A stretch of 32,000 nucleotides of DNA from Gemmata obscuriglobus (GCF_008065095.1 NZ_CP042911.1:570001-602000); one strand, 5' to 3'; positions 6,977-16,119 are shown, counted from the stretch's first letter. Notes: generated from the sequence alone by a model not told the origin. Numbers and translations: made by a program.

Positions 6977-9643
6977 ATGTCGTCCGAAGTGAAACCGGAC
7001 CCCGGGTTCCAGCCGTTCGTTCCGGCCTCCGAAGCGCCGCGGGAGTTCACCCTCTCGGCGGTCGCCGCGGGGACCGGGCTCGGGCTCATCTTCGCCGCGT
7101 CGTCGCTGTACCTCGTCCTCAAAGTCGGGATGACGGTGTCCGCGTCCATCCCGGTCGCGGTGCTGGCGATTACCGTGTTCCGGGCGCTGTCGAAGGCGTT
7201 CAAAATTCGCCAAGCGACGGTCCTCGAAAACAACATCGTTCAGACGGCCGGGTCCGCCGGCGAGAGCATCGCGTTCGGGGTCGGCGTGTCGATGCCGGCG
7301 CTGCTGCTGCTCGGGTTCGGGATGGACCTGGGGCGGGTGATGGTCGTTTCGATCCTCGGCGGGCTGCTGGGCATCCTGGTGATGATCCCGCTGCGCCGGG
7401 CGTTCATCGTGAAAATGCACTTCCAGCCCGGGAAGAAGGACCAGGGCGAAACGCTCCTGTACCCCGAGGGCACCGCGTGCGCGCAGGTGCTCATCAGCGG
7501 CGAGAAGGGCGGCACCACCGGCAAAACGGTGTTCATCGGGTTCGGGCTCGCGTTCCTCCACAAGTTCCTGACGGAGGGGATGAACCTGTTCGTCGCCACC
7601 GCCAAGGTGCCGGTGGCCTTCATCAACAAGGCCGCCGTGTTCTCGACGGAGATGGCGTCCGAGCTGCTCGGGGTGGGCTACATCATCGGGCTCCGCACCG
7701 CCGCGATGATGATGGGCGGCGCGGTCCTCGGCTACCTCGTGATCCTGCCCATCATCTACTTCGTGGGCGAGAACAACCCGAACGCGATCCCGCCCGGGGT
7801 GAAGCCCATCAAGGACATGAGCCTGTCGCAGATCCGCAACGCGTACCTGCTCTACATCGGCGCCGGGTGTGTGGCGTCCGCCGGCATCATCAGCATGTTA
7901 AAAACGCTGCCGCTGATCGTGCGCAGCTTTCGCTCCAGCCTGTCGAGCGTCAGCGTCGGGGCGGGCGGCGACGTGCCCCGCACCGACCGCGACATGCCGA
8001 TGAGCTGGGTGCTCGGGGGGACCGTCGTCCTCGTCGCGCTTCTCGCGCTGTTCCTGGCGAGCGAGGTGTCCGTTGTGACCGCCCTGCTCGGCGCGCTTTT
8101 GGTCGTTCTGTTCGGGTTTCTCTTCGTGACGGTGTCGGCCCGGCTCACGGGCGAAATCGGCTCGTCGTCGAACCCGATCTCCGGCATGACCACCGCGACG
8201 CTGATGATCACCTGCCTCATTTTCCTGGCGCTGGGCATGACCAGCCCGATCGACCGCGTGCTGGCCCTGTCGGTCGCGGCCGTGGTGTGCATCGCCTCTT
8301 CAAACGGCGGGACGGTCGCGCAGTCGCTCAAGACCGGCTACCTCGTCGGCGGGACGCCGCGGTACATGCAGTACGCGATCATGGCCGGTGCGTTCGTCTC
8401 GGCTCTGGTCATCGGCGGCACGCTCATCTTCCTGCTGAACAAGCCCGGCACCGTGTACAGCTCGAAGCCGGAGAACGTTCCGCCCCTCACACTCGCCCCG
8501 GCGGAACTGGCTCGTCTGAGCCAGACCGAGATGTATGAGGGCAAGACGTACAAGATCATGGACGCCCGGAACGGCGAGCTGATCAAAGCGGCCGACGGGT
8601 ACAAGCCGCGTGAGGAGGTGCTGAAGTACAAGCCCGGGCGCTACCTCGTGGAGCCGGACACCGGAACGGTGGCGATCCTCAAGGACGACACCATCATGGG
8701 GCAGTTGAAGACGCGGGACGACGGCACGCCGGTCGAGCGGAAGTTCGACGCCCCCAAGACGCGGGTGCTCGGGATCGTCATCAACGGCGTTCTGAGTAAG
8801 GACCTGAACTGGACGATGGTGGCCATCGGGGCGATGATCGCCGTCATGCTGGAGCTGTGCGGCGTGTCGGCGCTCGCGTTCGCGGTCGGGCTGTACGTGC
8901 CGATCCAGTTCTCGGTGACCATCTTCATCGGCGGTGTCGTCCGCTGGGCGGTGGACAAGAAGTACGCCGCCGAGGCGGCGCGCGACATCGCCGCGGCCGG
9001 CGACGACCCGGCGAAAAAGGCCCAGGCCGAGGTGGAGGCGATCCGGAAGGCCGAAACCAGCCCCGGGGTGCTGCTCGCGAGCGGGTACATCGCCGGCGGG
9101 TCGATCGCGGGCGTGCTGATCGCGTTCCTGGCGTTCAGCGACACGCTCCCGCGCGACCTGTCCGCGTTCCAGTACCGGTCCGCGCCGATCGGGGCGGAGC
9201 TGCCGCTCGAGGACGCGGCCGCGGCGGTCGCGGGGCGCGAGCTGCCCGACGGGTCGGAGGAGGCGCGTAAGAAGCTCGCGGGCGAGATCGTCGCGCTGAA
9301 CGAGGACGACCTGCCGCCCCAGTGGGTGAAGGTGCCGGCGGGGACGAAGCTGAAGATCGCGCCCGGGGAGAAGGGGGAGGAGTACACGGCCCCGAGCGAC
9401 ACCACCCTCGGCGCGGTCGCGAAGGAGAAGCTGGGGCGGACCTGGAAGGCCGCGCAGCTTCTGGAGCTGAACAAGGGCGCGCTGAAGGTGCCGGAAAAGC
9501 TGCCGGCGCAGGCGGAGGTGTTCGTGCCGCAGCCGCAGTGGGCCACGCTGATCCCGTTCGGGCTGCTGGTGGCGCTGCTGGCGGCGGTCGGGCTCGGGCT
9601 CCTGCTGAGGTCGGCCCCGGAGCAGGCGGAGCAGGCGGCGTAA
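6977..9643 (+). CDS. OPT-family oligopeptide transporter with extra loop domains
   Basis: N-terminal REFTLSAVAAGTGLGLIFAASSLYLVLKVGMTVSASIPVAV and NIVQTAGSAGESIA are typical OPT superfamily motifs. There are many hydrophobic helices throughout the 888 aa. Confidence 0.85.
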   Translation: MSSEVKPDPGFQPFVPASEAPREFTLSAVAAGTGLGLIFAASSLYLVLKVGMTVSASIPVAVLAITVFRALSKAFKIRQATVLENNIVQTAGSAGESIAFGVGVSMPALLLLGFGMDLGRVMVVSILGGLLGILVMIPLRRAFIVKMHFQPGKKDQGETLLYPEGTACAQVLISGEKGGTTGKTVFIGFGLAFLHKFLTEGMNLFVATAKVPVAFINKAAVFSTEMASELLGVGYIIGLRTAAMMMGGAVLGYLVILPIIYFVGENNPNAIPPGVKPIKDMSLSQIRNAYLLYIGAGCVASAGIISMLKTLPLIVRSFRSSLSSVSVGAGGDVPRTDRDMPMSWVLGGTVVLVALLALFLASEVSVVTALLGALLVVLFGFLFVTVSARLTGEIGSSSNPISGMTTATLMITCLIFLALGMTSPIDRVLALSVAAVVCIASSNGGTVAQSLKTGYLVGGTPRYMQYAIMAGAFVSALVIGGTLIFLLNKPGTVYSSKPENVPPLTLAPAELARLSQTEMYEGKTYKIMDARNGELIKAADGYKPREEVLKYKPGRYLVEPDTGTVAILKDDTIMGQLKTRDDGTPVERKFDAPKTRVLGIVINGVLSKDLNWTMVAIGAMIAVMLELCGVSALAFAVGLYVPIQFSVTIFIGGVVRWAVDKKYAAEAARDIAAAGDDPAKKAQAEVEAIRKAETSPGVLLASGYIAGGSIAGVLIAFLAFSDTLPRDLSAFQYRSAPIGAELPLEDAAAAVAGRELPDGSEEARKKLAGEIVALNEDDLPPQWVKVPAGTKLKIAPGEKGEEYTAPSDTTLGAVAKEKLGRTWKAAQLLELNKGALKVPEKLPAQAEVFVPQPQWATLIPFGLLVALLAAVGLGLLLRSAPEQAEQAA

Positions 9644-9666
9644 CCCCGAGTGGCGTTGGCTCGGGG
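9644..9666 (+). terminator. hairpin directly after the OPT stop codon
   Basis: ccccgag (9644-9650), 9-nt loop, ctcgggg (9660-9666), followed by tgtgat. Confidence 0.45.
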
Positions 9667-9843
9667 TGTGATACGCGAGCGGAGGCGAAGCCGTTCGGGT
9701 CCGTTGCGAGGAGCTGATCTGGTGCGCGAAGCCCCGCTCGCGGAGCGCGCGGGCCACACTTCATGCACACCCGGTAATACGGCCGCGTTCTTGACGAGCC
9801 GCGACCGCGGCATCCCAAGTAGGTTCATGGATCAGAAAGCCAC

Positions 9844-9887
9844 AAACGGCGCCGCCCGCGAGCAGATGCTCGCGGGCGGCGCCGTTT
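9844..9887 (-). terminator. long palindromic hairpin downstream of the coiled-coil gene (possibly bidirectional)
   Basis: aaacggcgccgcccgcgagca (9844-9864) and tgctcgcgggcggcgccgttt (9867-9887) are perfect reverse complements. The element lies 14 nt beyond the minus-strand stop at 9901. A/T runs flank both sides. Confidence 0.65.
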
Positions 9888-9900
9888 ATCGGGCGGGCTG

Positions 9901-10953
9901 TCAGCGGCGGCCGTTCGGCGGCGGGCCGCCGCCGGGCTTGGTCATGACCTCTTGGGCGCGGCGCTGGAACTTGGTCATCTGCTCCCGCAGCCCGGCGTCG
10001 CCGCGCTGGAGCAGGTCCAGTTCGTGCTGGATCTCGGCCGACAGGCGCCGCAGCTCGGTCTCCTGCCGGGCGATCATGGCCCGCTCGCGGGCCATCGACA
10101 CTTCCATCTGCCGCATCTGCTGCTCGAGCGCGTCTTCGTCCTCGCGCAACTGCCGGCGGTCGTCTTCGAGCTTCCGCTTCTCTTGCGTGATCTTCGCGCT
10201 CTCGCGCTCCAGCTCGTCGCCCCACTCCTCGAGCTCGTTGCGGGTCTTCGGGACGGGCGGGGGCGGGGCCAGTTGGCCGGTGGCGATCTGCTCCTCGATC
10301 GCGCCCAGTTGCGCGTTCAGCTCCGCGAGCTGCGTGTCCTTCTCCGCGACCGCCGCCTCGAACTCCTTCTCGCGAACGAGGAACTGCTGCTCGGTGTTGC
10401 TCGCCTCCTGGAGCAGGTGCTTCATCTCGTCGAGCAGCGTGCGCAGCTCCTTGTTCTCGGCCTTCAGCCGCTGGTTCTCGCCGACCGGCGACTCGTCGAA
10501 CCGGTTACCGCCCGGGGACAGTTCCGCGAGGTGGTTCAGGGCGCCGGCGATGGCGCTGCCCGGGTCCGATGCAAAGGAGCGGCCGCCCCCGGGCGCCGGC
10601 CCGCGCCGCCCGATCACGCTCCGCGGCGCTTCGGGCGTCCCGGCGAACGACGACGGCGGGGCCGCGTACGAGGGCGGCGGCGCGGCGGTGCGGGCCGGCG
10701 GCACCGGGACCGATCCGGACTTGCCCGGCATGCGCAGGCGCGCCAACAGGTCGCTGGTGCCCCCGCCCCAGGCCACCGGGGCGACCGGCGGCGGTGAGAG
10801 CGGCGCCGGAGGTTCTTGTTCTTCAACAAGTTCGACGAGCGGGTCGGGCGTGGACGCGGTCGCGGCGATGGGCGGCGGGGTCGATGCCAGAAGCCGGCGG
10901 CGCAGCTCGGCGGCCGTAAGCGATTGCTCGGAGGGCGGGTTCGGGTTCGCCAT
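9901..10953 (-). CDS. Pro-rich N-terminus plus long coiled-coil protein, hypothetical
   Basis: The ORF extends to 11136, but ATG 10953 (MANPNPPSEQ) is the first start after the compositionally atypical upstream stretch. The C-terminal two thirds are heptad-like and charged, e.g. ENQRLKAENKELRTLLDEMKHLLQE and KITQEKRKLEDDRRQLREDEDALEQQMRQME. Confidence 0.6.
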   Translation of the reverse strand: MANPNPPSEQSLTAAELRRRLLASTPPPIAATASTPDPLVELVEEQEPPAPLSPPPVAPVAWGGGTSDLLARLRMPGKSGSVPVPPARTAAPPPSYAAPPSSFAGTPEAPRSVIGRRGPAPGGGRSFASDPGSAIAGALNHLAELSPGGNRFDESPVGENQRLKAENKELRTLLDEMKHLLQEASNTEQQFLVREKEFEAAVAEKDTQLAELNAQLGAIEEQIATGQLAPPPPVPKTRNELEEWGDELERESAKITQEKRKLEDDRRQLREDEDALEQQMRQMEVSMARERAMIARQETELRRLSAEIQHELDLLQRGDAGLREQMTKFQRRAQEVMTKPGGGPPPNGRR

Positions 10954-11280
10954 AGTGTTAAGTTCCAACTCCCGGTCTCCACGTTCCAAGTTCTGACAGC
11001 GCAACGGCTTGCCGCGACGGCCTGCTGCTCCGTGATGGGGACTTGGCGCCGGGTACTTGGAACTGAGAGTTTCGACGGTCCTGGCGGAATTATCCTCTTG
11101 CCTAGCCTGAATGAGCCTAGGCCGCAGAACCATCAAGTCAAATCAAAATCCCGCGGCCGGTCGCACCGCTTGTGCGGACGGCGCGGCCGATAACTTGCGA
11201 CCCGCCAACCCGAATCGGCGAACTCGCCAACGCCGTCCCGGGAGCGCCGTTAAACCGGCTAGACTGTCCCAATCGGCGGC

Positions 11281-11294
11281 GCGCTCGCGAGCGC
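11281..11294. promoter_or_regulatory. 14-bp perfect palindrome in a divergent intergenic region
   Basis: gcgctcgcgagcgc is its own reverse complement. It sits between the divergently transcribed coiled-coil gene and giant VWA gene. Confidence 0.25.
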
Positions 11295-11499
11295 TAGCCC
11301 CATCATAGGGACACGGCCTCGGGCCGCGCAAAACTTCGGGCCACTGCCCCGCCGGTCGGACCGGGACCGGGGCGGGTGTTGCCCGCGCGGTTTCGCGTAG
11401 CGGGCTGCCCGCGGCGTGCCGTAAAATCAAGGTTTGGTTCGTACTTGTTCGGGCCGTCCGACCCTCGCCGGACGACCTACCTGGAGGAGCGACGGGCAG

Positions 11500-14400
11500 A
11501 TGAACCTTCTGAAACGGCTGCGGGTGCTACCGGTGCTGTTGGGGGTGGGCGCCACCCTCGCGGCTCTGGGTACCACCCTGTTCGGCGACATGCGCACGGC
11601 CCCGCCCGGCGCCCCCACACTCGAACCCGCCCGCCCCGACGGCGGGCGGTTCGTCGAGGACCTCGTCGCCACCAAGTTCAGTAACACCCCCGCGCTGACG
11701 TACCAGCCGCGGGACGGCGAGCTGATCTTCGCGTGGCAGATCCAGCCGCCCCTGGCCCCCCAGGCGGCCCGCCCGCGGGACGTGCTGGTGGTGGTGGACA
11801 CCACCGCCAGCCAGGCCGGCCGGCCGCTCCAGCAGGCCCGGAACATCATTACCGGGCTGGCCGCCGGGCTGACCGCCGAGGACCGGGTGAGCGTGTGGTC
11901 GCTCAGCACCCCGAAGGCGACCCGGGCCCTCACGCGCGACTTCCAGCCGGCCACCTCCGAGAACCTGGCCGAGGCCGCTCGGGCCCTCACCGAGGTGGAG
12001 TACGGCTCCGGCGCCGCCGACCTCGCGGGCGGGCTGGACAAGGCCCTCACCACCATGGCGCCCAACCGCAGCCGGCACCAGGTGGTGCTGTACCTGGGCG
12101 ACGGCGAGAGCGCGTTCCAGCCGGTGAGCGAAGGGGCCCGCATCGCTCTGGGTAACCGGATGGACCGCGGCGACGTGTACTTCTTCGCCGTGCCGCTCGG
12201 GCTGAAGCTCGAACCGCAGAACCTGCACGGGCTGGCCGCCCTCACCGGCGGCGCCGTGGTCCGCCTGCAAGAGGACGTCGCCGCCGCGCCGGGCCGGAAG
12301 GCCTTCGTGGACCGGCTCAAGGCCGCCCTCGACGTGCCCGTCGCGAAGCCCGAGAAGTGGACGTTCGGCGGCGAGGTGGGCGAGCTGTACCCGACCAAGC
12401 TGCCGCCGCTCCGCGCGGACCAGGGGACGCTGGTGATGGGCCGGCTCGCGAAGCCCGCCGCGGCCGCCGTCAGCGTCGCGGTCAGCGCGACGGTGAACGG
12501 CCGCCCGGTGGAGCTGAAGCTGTCGCAGCCGCTCCCGGCCCCGGCCGTCGACAACTTCTTCATGAACCGCATGGTCGACCAGTGGAAAGCCGCGCCGCAC
12601 AAGGACGCGCCGGCCATGCTGCGGTCCGACCGCGCCCTGGCGCTGGCCAGCACGCAGGTGAAGCTGTACCGCGACGAGTTCCTCACCCAGGCGGTGTGGG
12701 CCATCAGCGCCGACCGGTTCGACGAGGCCGAGAAGCTGTACGCCGCCGCCGCCAAGGTGGACCCGACCGACAAGGAGGCCGCGAAGGGCGCCGCCCTGGC
12801 CGCCCAGATGAAGGCCGGCAAGGTCACCAAGGCCGCCCTCGCCGAAGAGGTGAACAAGAAGGTTAACGCGCAGAAGATCTCGCCGAACGAGGCGATCCGC
12901 ACCGTCCTCCAGGACCCGAAGGTGAACGAGCCGGTGCCGCCGGCCCCGGCCGCCCCCGGCGCCGCGGCGGACCTGCTGAAGGAGGCCGCCGCCCGCCGCC
13001 AGATCGAGGAGCAGCGGTACCGCGTGCTGGCCGACGCGACCGTCCGCCGGGCCCGCCAGTTGCTCCGCGCCGACCCCGAGGGCGCGTACCAGGACCTGAA
13101 GCGGCAGCGGGACGACATCCTGGCCTACGACGGGATCGGCGACGACGCCCGGCGCCAGCTCGTCGCGGACCTCGAGGCGGTCATGCGCGAGGTGTTCGTG
13201 AAGGGGGCCGAGATCAAGCGCCAGGCCGACGCCGACCGCCAGAGCGTGGCCCGCACCAAGCAGCGGCTCAGCGAGTTCGACCGGCAGGCCGACGAGCAGG
13301 CCCGCGACAAGGACCGGATCGAGCAGTTCCGCCAGCTCATGAAGGAGGCCCGGTACGACATCGCGTACCAGGAGGCCCAGCTCATGGTGCAGGAGAAGAC
13401 CAACCGCGGCCTCCCGGTGCCGGTGGCCAACACCGCCAGCTACATCATCGGCCAGCACGCCACCCAGTTGCGCGAGTGGCGCGAGCTGACCCGGATCCGC
13501 GAGGACCGGTTCCTGCTCGCCATGATGCAGACCGAGAAGTCCCACGTCCCGTACCCCGACGAGCCGCCGGTCCACTTCCCGCCGGCCTCGGTGTGGCGCC
13601 AGCTCACCGGGCTGCGCCGCGAGGCGTACATGAACTCGAACCTCGGGCCCAACGCCAGCGAGAGCCAGCGGCGCCTCAAGAGCGCGATCGAGGACACCGA
13701 GGTCGACCTGGAGAACAAGAACCTCGTCGACACCCCGCTGTTCGAGCTGCTCGGGTTCCTGGCCAAGAAGTACAACGTGTCGTTCGTGGTGATGGAGGAG
13801 TACTTCAAGGCCGACGGCGTGCCGAACATCCGCGAGGAGAAGCCGAAGCTGGCCGCGACCCAGCTCCGCGGGCTCAAGCTGGGCAACTTCCTGGACCTGG
13901 TCCTCGTGTCGATGAACGCCACGTTCATCGTCCGCCCGGACTACATCGAGATCACCACGTTCCAGCGCAAGCTGGAGGAGAAGGTGACCCGGGTGTTCCC
14001 GGTGGCCGACCTGGCGATCCCGATCCCCAGCTCGGTGAACCTGCAGACGCTGCAGCTGAACCAGAACGTGCAGAACCAGACGCTGGCCATCTTCGGGGCG
14101 GCCAGCGGCGCGGCCAACTTCCTCGGCGGCCAGTTCGGCGCCCAGGGCGGCATCAACGGGCTGGGGAACAACAACAACCCGCTGGGCGGCGCGAACGGGA
14201 ACCCCGGGCCGTTCGGCAACCAGGGCGGCAACCTGGGCCAGAACCCGAACGGGCCGGGCGGCGGGTTCGCCGGCGTCGGCGGCGGCCAGATCGGCCAGTT
14301 CGGTAACCTCGGCGGCCAGTTCGGCATCCAGGGCGGCGACCAGAGCCGGCTCCTGATGTCGCTGATCTTCGAAACCGTTGCCAAGGGCGAGTGGGCCCAA

Positions 14401-16035
14401 ATGCAAGGGGTGTCCCCGCAGCCCGGGGACGGCGAGTCCGACGCGCCGCTGCTGACCGCGGCCCAACTGAACTCGTTGGGGTACTACCCGCCGGCCCGGG
14501 CGCTCATCATCCGCGGCACCAGCCGGTACCACTCGGCCGCCAGCGTCAAGCTGCGGAAGCAGGACGGCATGGTCGGGCTGCCCGCCAAGCCGCCGGGCGG
14601 CGCGTTCGCGATCGGGCCGGGCAACGGCAACATGGGGCTGCCGGGCAACGGCAACATGGGCGTCGGGGCGGCGGTCGCGGCCGAGAAGCCCGCGCTCGTG
14701 AACCCGAAGGTGGACGTGGTGGCGATGCGCAAGGCGATCGGCGGCGACCCGCGGACCATGTGGAGCAAGGCGATCGACCAGACCGTGACCGACCCGGGGC
14801 TGATCGTCGCGTGCGCCGAGTTCCTGATGGAGTTCGACGAGTTCGGGCACGCGGCCGAGGTGCTGAAGGGGAACCTGCGGAAGGGGCTGGCGACCGAGGC
14901 GTGGGCGCACGAGGCCCTGGCCGTGGCGCTGCAGGCCGGCAACGGCCCGCCGGTGGAAGTCGAGCGGGCGGCGGTGTCCGCGATCGACCTCGACCCGGCC
15001 GACGCCAAGGCGTACCTGAAGGCCGCGCGGGCCGAGGACGGGCTGAAGAACCACGCCCAGGCGGTCGCGTTCTGCAAGCGGGCCGCCGAGTGCAGCCCGA
15101 ACGACCCGACCCCGTACGCCAACGCGATGGCCTACGCCGAACGGTCCACCGACGTGCGGAGCGACGCCGTGCTGTGGGCGGCCAACAACCTGCTCAAGCG
15201 GGACTGGAACACCTCCGACGGCGTGGACTACCACAAGCAGGTGAACGACCGGCTGCCGAAGCTGGCGGCCAAGCTGCAGGCGGCCGGCCAGAAGGCGGAC
15301 GCGCTCGCCAAGGTGGCCGCCGAGCAGACCCGGCGCGACCTGGTGATCGAGCTGCAGTGGCAGGGCAGCGCGGACCTGGACCTGGTGGTCACGGAGCCGA
15401 CCGGGTCGGTGTGCTCGCCCGTTCACAAGCGCACCACCGGCGGCGGCGTCCTCAAGGCCGACCTGCTGGACCAGCAGAACGACCGGTCCGAGGTGTACAC
15501 CGCGGCCAGCGCGTTCAGCGGGGTGTACACGGTCACCGCGAAGCAGGCGTTCGGCCGCCCCATCGGGGGCCGCGCCCAGGTCAAGGTGACCCGGTTCAAG
15601 GGCACCCCGCAGGAGAGCACCGACCTGCTCGACGTTCCGCTGACCGGGACGCCGGTTGAGGTCAAGCTGGTCGGCGGCTCGCGGACCGAGCTGGCGGCCG
15701 TTCAGGACGAAATGAACGGGGACTCGGACCTGCGGTCCGAGACGACCGGCTCGGCGGTGACCGGCGGCTCGTCGGGCATTGGCGCCGGGTTCGGCCGCAC
15801 GGGCTCGGCGCTCACCTCGCCGATCACCTCGTCGAACGGCCCCACGATGCCGGTGGTGGCGACCGAAACCGAGGCCCGCAAGCCGGGCATGGACGGCGCC
15901 GGGGACGTCCGGGCGACGTACAAGCTGAACCCGGACCGCAAGACCTACAGCGTCACGGTCAGCCCCGTGTTCGCCGGGGTGAAGGGCGAGCTGGCACTGC
16001 CCAAGGTGCCGCTGCTGCCGGGTTCCGAGAAGTAA
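11500..16035 (+). CDS. giant secreted multidomain protein: VWA domain, coiled coil, split secretin-N-like module with low-complexity linker, TPR-like region, DUF2135-like C-terminal region
   Basis: GGAGGAG lies 10 nt upstream of ATG 11500. Signal/anchor MNLLKRLRVLPVLLGVGATLAALG. VWA with a MIDAS-like VVVDTTASQ ... YLGDGES. The C-terminal WQGSADLDLVVTEPTGSVC ... GGGVLKADL resembles DUF2135, as seen at the end of bacterial VIT/VWA proteins (from memory). Confidence 0.8.
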   Translation: MNLLKRLRVLPVLLGVGATLAALGTTLFGDMRTAPPGAPTLEPARPDGGRFVEDLVATKFSNTPALTYQPRDGELIFAWQIQPPLAPQAARPRDVLVVVDTTASQAGRPLQQARNIITGLAAGLTAEDRVSVWSLSTPKATRALTRDFQPATSENLAEAARALTEVEYGSGAADLAGGLDKALTTMAPNRSRHQVVLYLGDGESAFQPVSEGARIALGNRMDRGDVYFFAVPLGLKLEPQNLHGLAALTGGAVVRLQEDVAAAPGRKAFVDRLKAALDVPVAKPEKWTFGGEVGELYPTKLPPLRADQGTLVMGRLAKPAAAAVSVAVSATVNGRPVELKLSQPLPAPAVDNFFMNRMVDQWKAAPHKDAPAMLRSDRALALASTQVKLYRDEFLTQAVWAISADRFDEAEKLYAAAAKVDPTDKEAAKGAALAAQMKAGKVTKAALAEEVNKKVNAQKISPNEAIRTVLQDPKVNEPVPPAPAAPGAAADLLKEAAARRQIEEQRYRVLADATVRRARQLLRADPEGAYQDLKRQRDDILAYDGIGDDARRQLVADLEAVMREVFVKGAEIKRQADADRQSVARTKQRLSEFDRQADEQARDKDRIEQFRQLMKEARYDIAYQEAQLMVQEKTNRGLPVPVANTASYIIGQHATQLREWRELTRIREDRFLLAMMQTEKSHVPYPDEPPVHFPPASVWRQLTGLRREAYMNSNLGPNASESQRRLKSAIEDTEVDLENKNLVDTPLFELLGFLAKKYNVSFVVMEEYFKADGVPNIREEKPKLAATQLRGLKLGNFLDLVLVSMNATFIVRPDYIEITTFQRKLEEKVTRVFPVADLAIPIPSSVNLQTLQLNQNVQNQTLAIFGAASGAANFLGGQFGAQGGINGLGNNNNPLGGANGNPGPFGNQGGNLGQNPNGPGGGFAGVGGGQIGQFGNLGGQFGIQGGDQSRLLMSLIFETVAKGEWAQMQGVSPQPGDGESDAPLLTAAQLNSLGYYPPARALIIRGTSRYHSAASVKLRKQDGMVGLPAKPPGGAFAIGPGNGNMGLPGNGNMGVGAAVAAEKPALVNPKVDVVAMRKAIGGDPRTMWSKAIDQTVTDPGLIVACAEFLMEFDEFGHAAEVLKGNLRKGLATEAWAHEALAVALQAGNGPPVEVERAAVSAIDLDPADAKAYLKAARAEDGLKNHAQAVAFCKRAAECSPNDPTPYANAMAYAERSTDVRSDAVLWAANNLLKRDWNTSDGVDYHKQVNDRLPKLAAKLQAAGQKADALAKVAAEQTRRDLVIELQWQGSADLDLVVTEPTGSVCSPVHKRTTGGGVLKADLLDQQNDRSEVYTAASAFSGVYTVTAKQAFGRPIGGRAQVKVTRFKGTPQESTDLLDVPLTGTPVEVKLVGGSRTELAAVQDEMNGDSDLRSETTGSAVTGGSSGIGAGFGRTGSALTSPITSSNGPTMPVVATETEARKPGMDGAGDVRATYKLNPDRKTYSVTVSPVFAGVKGELALPKVPLLPGSEK
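14083..14346 (+). repeat. Gly/Asn/Gln/Phe low-complexity segment (FG-containing) inside the giant protein
   Basis: Translation: IFGAASGAANFLGGQFGAQGGINGLGNNNNPLGGANGNPGPFGNQGGNLGQNPNGPGGGFAGVGGGQIGQFGNLGGQFGIQGG. Confidence 0.8.
14617..14660 (+). repeat. in-frame 24-nt tandem duplication (PGNGNMGL/PGNGNMGV)
   Basis: ccgggcaacggcaacatggg occurs at 14617-14636 and again at 14641-14660. Confidence 0.85.
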
Positions 16036-16069
16036 CTGACGCGACCGCCAAAACCTGAGCGGTTGCGAA

Positions 16070-16119
16070 CCCGCGGCCCGACCGGGATGTCTAATCCCGG
16101 TCGGGCCGCGGGCGTTTCT
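16070..16119 (+). terminator. intrinsic terminator after the giant VWA gene
   Basis: cccgcggcccgaccgggat (16070-16088), loop gtcta, atcccggtcgggccgcggg (16094-16112). This 19-bp perfect stem is followed by cgtttct. Confidence 0.7.
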
